Source of the DNA: the human T2T-CHM13v2.0 reference genome, Homo sapiens | Strand: one strand, 5' to 3' | NCBI RefSeq assembly: GCF_009914755.1 | Contig: NC_060935.1 | Length of the DNA: 64,000 nucleotides | Shown: one piece after another, positions 57,746-64,000 of the stretch | How the letters are laid out: each line of letters begins with the position of its first letter | Position numbering within the stretch: the stretch's first letter is position 1 | Notes under the pieces: model-generated | The model's input: only the letters and a program-made list of their open reading frames with translations | The model's database searches: none | What the model was told of the DNA's origin: nothing | Translations under genes and position numbers: made by a program

Positions 57746-60700
57746 TTTTTTGTATGTGAAACTATTATACACAAACACAAGTTTGACAAAATAAAACTCA
57801 AACTTAAACTACATGTAATTTACTCTAATGTCTCCCATTCTACTATTTTTTTATTTTGTTAAATGATGGGGGGGAACCCCTAAATTAATTTCAGAATGAG
57901 GTAACATAGGTCATGACCTGCAGCTGGAGATGGGTTAGACTTGGGTGATAGCAATGGAAGAGAGGGCAATAGAGGTGCCAGGACTTGGTGGATGATCAGA
58001 TAGAGGTGATGAGGGAGACGGAGGTATCAAAGATGCTCTCAAGCCTCTGGATTGATGACAGTGCCAATTTTGAGATGGAGGGCCCAGGAGGAAGAGCAGG
58101 TTTGTCTGTGAGAGGAAGGAAGACTGGACTCCTCAGTGGAAGAGGATTTGGGTGGAGGTGACAAAAGGAATCTTCACTTATACACTTTCCCAACCAAGAT
58201 ACTATATAGAGAGATTTCACATCAGAATCGTAGTTATTAATAAGGAATGCATTTTCCCAGACTGCTCCGTGAGGGGGACAGCCTTTCTGAACCAAGCACA
58301 GCAGTAAGTGACTGAGGGAGGACTCTGGGATGTGGGGCTCCCGCCAAATGTCTTTCCTTATCTGACCAACATAAAGCACTAATCACATTTAATTAGAGTC
58401 CATTTGCCCATCTGTTTCCTCTACTAACCAAGCTGCTTCAGGGCAGGGACCACCTGGTTTCATCAATCTCTTTATTCCCCAGATCTCCTTTGCATACTGC
58501 CCTGCATGCTGCCTGTCGTAGGTGCTCAACAAGCATCTGCTGAATGAATGGTCATGATTCCACATGATGGAACTCCTGAGAAGGCCATTTCCAGTGCAGA
58601 AAATTAAAGTGGGGAAAATGGAAGGAGGGATACAGAATCTGTTAGGAGAATTCTGATCACTGAGGGCTATAGGCCAGTGGTTCATGGCAAAAATTAGTCT
58701 ACAAAGAAAATGCTAAACTCTGGAATGGGCAATTGGCATGGGTCATCAATATAATGATCAGAAACATTAAGCAGATCTGGGAAGGAATCAGGAAGACAAA
58801 GGAAAAATAAAACAGGATGAGGCTATATATATATATAAAATTTGGTCTCTTCCAAAGATCACCCTAAGTGTGTAATTCCTGACATCAATTCCCTTGCTAT
58901 ATTTTTCCATCAGCTCTACACCTCCAAGAAGCCTCCCCATTTCCAATCCTCTGCCACCCTCCAAACCCCAGCTGCCTCACGTATTACTTTTTTCCATACG
59001 TACATGATTTATTTCCCTAATAAACAAACAGGAATGGTGTTACATAACTTCTTATCCACTCCACTGCTACCCCTTGCACAGAGGAGGCACTCAATAGTAT
59101 ATTCAATTAATAGCTGATTAAATGATTTCGGCATTCACATTTTCTAGCCTCATTCCCTTTAGTTGCAAATGGTTTACTGAAGGTATCGTTTTTAATAGTA
59201 ACAGCTGCATTTGTTCAGCATCTACCACATACCAGACATAGCTAAGGACTTTAAACACATCGTCTCCTATAATCCTCCATCTGCAGGGTTGGGGTAATTA
59301 TCCCCATTTTACAGACTTCAAGATTGAGGCTCAAAGAGACAACATAGTTAGATAAGTGGCATTCAACACTGGCATTCAAACCCAAAGCTACTTAACTCCA
59401 AGGCCAAATAAATGCACCATTACTCTAAAATTTTGGCACCATTATCCCTGGCACAGAAACACGAAGAAAAGCTCATCTGACCTGGAGGCAGTACTCTCTG
59501 CTCCCCAAAATATAATTAAAACTCAACTCAGAGAAAGCTTTTTTTTAGGTTTGGAAAGGCCATAATTTATCAAGAGCCATTCATTCATTTCCTACAAATA
59601 CACAGGTCAGGTCAAGCAACTCTGTGATTTTAAAAAGTGGAGCGCGTTATTGGCACCATTTGTTTCTGAAAGAATTTTAACGAGAAAACCAATGATGTGC
59701 AGAACAATCAGATCATTAGTGACAGGTAGTTCGTAAAATAATCACAAAATGCTAAAGCCTCCACTTCTTCTATGCTACAGTCCCCCCAAGCTTCCATGTT
59801 CATTATTTTATTGGATCATCTCTGTAACTGTGAGGTAATTACTTGTATATCACTGTATACATGAGGAAAAAATTAGAGTAAGGGAAGTTCAATGAGTTAA
59901 CGAAGGTCATGTCTGTTACTCAGGACCCTTGGTTATAAGTAACAAAACAAAACACCTTGGCAAAAGAAAATTTGAAATAAGGAAGAGAGGCCAGACAGGA
60001 GGGAATTTCCAGGCGAATACACTCCCTTCTCTGCTTCTCTCTGCCTACAAGTTCCTCCTACTCCAAGCCAGCTGCAGCAAGCCAGCTTTCTCCTCCAGAC
60101 AGGAAACCAGGGTCACTGCAGCTTCACGTTCCCATTTCTCTGGCTCCACCACCCCAGAAGAAAAGGCTCTTGGGCCTCAAGTTCAAAATTCCAGGGAGAT
60201 GGGCTTGAACAAATGTGCACTACACCACTGTACGTCTCCCCAGCCCTATCTATGCTGGGCGGATTGGCAGCAACACAACAGCAGCTCTGTCCAAAGACAC
60301 CTATCCATCAAATCCTCTCCCCTCTCCAGTCTGACCCCCTTTTAATAGCTTTGACCTGGCAAGGGGTCCAAATGCAGTAAAACTGGTTCTGTTTTTCCTT
60401 TGTAATTTCTACACAGGAGGCTGCTTCACATTCATTTGGGGCAGGGAAAGGCCCCATCTTAACATCCTATTACATGGCTGCAATTACTGCCTTGGATTTT
60501 CTTGAGGCATTCCGGTTCTCATAATAAATTATCCCTTTTACTAAAAAAGATTTTTTAATTACAAAAATTAATTATAATTAAAATTGTACCAAGACCAAGA
60601 ACACAGGGGACCAAGAACCATGCTTGGCAGGTCCCGGTAATGGGTAAGGGAGAAGTAACACCCCTGAAGAAGGGAGAATGCCGGTCCCAAAAGAAAGAAG

Positions 60701-60922
60701 GGGAGTCAGGCAGATAAAGTAAATAGAAATCCTGTAAACATAACTGCTAAGCTCTGTTCTTCAGATCCCAAGTCCAATAATCTTGCTTCTTTCTATACCA
60801 CAGTTTACATTATTTGGGCACTAAATTGTGAAGTACCAACAGTAAAGAACCACCAATATATAAAAGGTGCTAATTGTGCATAATGACATTTAGCGCAAAC
60901 GGAATTAGAAAAGAGAGAGATC

Positions 60923-61288
<366 letters not shown>

Positions 61289-62349
61289 CTACAATTGTGT
61301 GCTAAGAAGAAACAAAAACTTCTTTACCAGTGAAAGTCAGACTAGCCTTCCCTGCCTCATAGCCCTCTGCCTTCCACCTTCCCTTAAAGCTGGATGATGG
61401 GAGCCTCTCCTTAGATCCAGGGTTTCTTTGTCCTCTACTCAGCTGGAAGGTTCACCTGGGCCCAGGTGATGATAAAGACCTTTCTTCCAAGGAAGAAAGC
61501 AGGAATCAGAAACATAAAATACATTTACAAAGGGGACCCCAGTAGCTGAGTTTCCTACAAATGCCAGAGGGCTAACAAAAGATGCCGGCACATCTCCATC
61601 GATGTGTGCTCAACACTGTCTCACAAAACCAGCTCCAGAATGAGACCACCCAAGCATGAAGCAGAGAGCTCAGGAAGGGAAGTGGGCAGGGGCTGTCACC
61701 CTACTGCTGCCTTACGACTGCCGTAATCCAATTGGTTTTTTCTTCTTTAATTTAATCAAGCACTTAATTGAGCCCTTGCTGTCTGGCAGGCACTATTCTA
61801 AGTGCTTTAGAAATATTCTTTGCTTTAGTTGGTAGAAATCAGCTCCCAATAGCATCACTGACTGCACATGGTTATGGCAACTTCTAAAAAGAAATTTAGA
61901 GAACAAGATTTTTAAAATTCTTCTCAAAGGTCTAACCCAAACCTAGATGGCTGAAATCAACTCCAATTTCTCTAGTTCCAGCACTTTGCTTCTCTCCTTG
62001 AGTCCACTTTGTTCTTCTCCTTCCACAGAACAGATAAAGGTTAATATTTATTAAGCACTTACAGTGTACCAAGCACTTTATATCCATTATCTCCGCTGAT
62101 TCTCACAGCAACCCTAGAAAGTAATGCTTTTATGCTCTTTACAGAAGAAAAAACAGGCTGAAAGGGGAGGCAATTCACCAGGCCAACTTGCCCCCAGGCC
62201 AAGTGACAAGCCAAGATCCCAGCCCCAGCAGCCTGACTCCACACTCCTTCTCCTACCCGCATTGAAGTACCCTGCTAGACAGCAACTCTTGTATGGTGTC
62301 ACTGGAAAAGCCATCTTTTGCAAGAACACATATGCTGCCGCTCCAAATT

Positions 62350-62945
62350 GTTTTTAATTGAAATGAAATGCATATAACATATATCAGACATTTTAAAGTA
62401 CATAATTCACGGCATTTAGACATTCACAATGTTGTGCAACTGCCACCTCTATCTAGTTTCAAAACATTTTCATCAACCCAAAAGAAAATCAGTATCCACT
62501 TGGCAGTCGATCCACACAACCTCTTCCCTCCAGCCCCTGGAAACCATTACTTTGCTTTTTCTCTATCTATGGATTTACCTATTCTGGATAATTTGTATAA
62601 ATGGAATCATATAATATGTGGCCTTTGGTGTTTGGTTTCTCTTACAAATAACATGTTCTTGCGGTTTATGCAAGTTGTGGCATACATCTGTACATCATTC
62701 CTTTTTATTGCTGAACAACATTCCATTGTACAGATATGGAGATACCACATTTTGTCTATCCATGTATCCACTGATGGACACCTGGCTGAGTTACTTCTAC
62801 CTTTTGACTGTCGCTAATAGTGCTGCCATGAAGATTTGGATTCAAGGATTTAAGTCCCTGATCCAATTCTTTTGAGTATATAACTAGGATGGAGTTGCTG
62901 GGTCTTATGATCATTCTATGTTTAACTTTTTGAGGAGCCATGCCT
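62350..62945 (-). mobile_element. L1MB-type 3' fragment
   Basis: cattcacaatgttgtgcaactgccacctctatctagtttc...tatggatttacctattctggata. Confidence 0.8.
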
Positions 62946-64000
62946 TTTGAAATATTTTTAAAATTTGAAATTCTGCAAAGAAAAGCCAGAAGGAAACTGA
63001 AAACAAAATGCAAACCTCAATGAAATCAAAGGAGATAACCAGTCTCATCTCATTTGAATAAGTTCAAATCTGGGCAGAAGAAATCCAAACAGTACACTTC
63101 TATGTTTTTGAAAGGCTAAGAGAAAAGATATGTAATTCTACCAAATAACTAAGAAGGGGTTGCTGTATCTCCAGGATATTTTTAACAAAAAAATCACACC
63201 TAAGCCAGGGCTCCAGTAGGAGCCATGTGACTGGCTATAAGACTTTTCAACCAAAGAAAACAGTCAAGAGGACAAGCACAGGCCATTAACAGGGGCGGCC
63301 TTCTGTGATCAGAGAAGGCTGAATTCCCGCCCTGGTTCTCATTTTTAGTAAGACCACTCTTCTCTTTGGAAAGATACAAGTCTCTAATGTCAAAAAATGA
63401 CAGCACTCTTTTAAAAACCATCTTGTGTCCCAACCCTTAAAAGACTATTTCTAATTAGTTCTAAACTGTCAGCACTACTTAAGAATGGCTTGCTGGAAAT
63501 TTAGCCTGGGACCAAGGGAAAGATACGAAAGCATCAGAACCAACCCAGGGTGCACATATGCCCTTGTCCTGCATCTGGTGTTTCAGCATTTTTATGAGGC
63601 CTAGTCAGTAATGATCTTAACCAGGAGGACAGTGGCAAGATGGGAATGCAGAGGGACTGTAACAAAGGAGGATGCACGAGTGCCTTTAAATTACATGAAA
63701 AAAAGAAAAGTTATCTGAAGAACACAGAAAGTGAACTACAAATGACAAGACTGAGTCTTTGCATACAAGCAAGACACTGACATGACAGGAATGGCTGGCA
63801 AATCAGGTAATAGGCAAGTGACTTGGCAGCATTCACTGGGCAGGTGTTCAATTAGGCAGGAAGTGGGCTGAAAACAACTCAATTAATTCATTGTGCATGC
63901 CTGTCCAAGAGAACAAGATAAACCTAAAACATCAATGGCAGACCAGAGATTAACTCCACAGCTCCATCTTTTGCAAAAGTAGGGGCTAACAAAGATGCAT

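Overview
Primate (most likely human) genomic DNA, rich in repeats, with no prokaryotic features. The only recognisable gene is SMCO4 (C11orf75/FN5) on the minus strand. Its 59-aa CDS (23465-23644) falls just under the ORF-track cutoff and lies in the terminal exon. A 73-nt 5'UTR exon sits at 43732-43804, and exon 1 lies beyond the right edge. The left ~18 kb is an L1 graveyard. It includes a full-length L1PA6-like element (intact ORF0, short 3' transduction) nested in an older L1MC, a MER50-type solo LTR and several Alus. The SMCO4 introns hold MIR, L2, L3, MaLR, hAT and Tigger elements. Best leads: (1) two diverged copies of a ~220-bp segment (9916-10129 and 12272-12513) with mostly frame-preserving indels and synonymous changes, which together with exon-like segments at 18.4-20.4 kb suggest a fossil protein-coding gene downstream of SMCO4; (2) a long alternative reading frame crossing the SMCO4 exon2-exon3 junction and overlapping the CDS; (3) a sense THE1B LTR with a DUX4 site and splice donors that could be an alternative SMCO4 promoter. 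Repeat subfamily names were assigned by eye from remembered consensus sequences, and the edges of old repeats are approximate.
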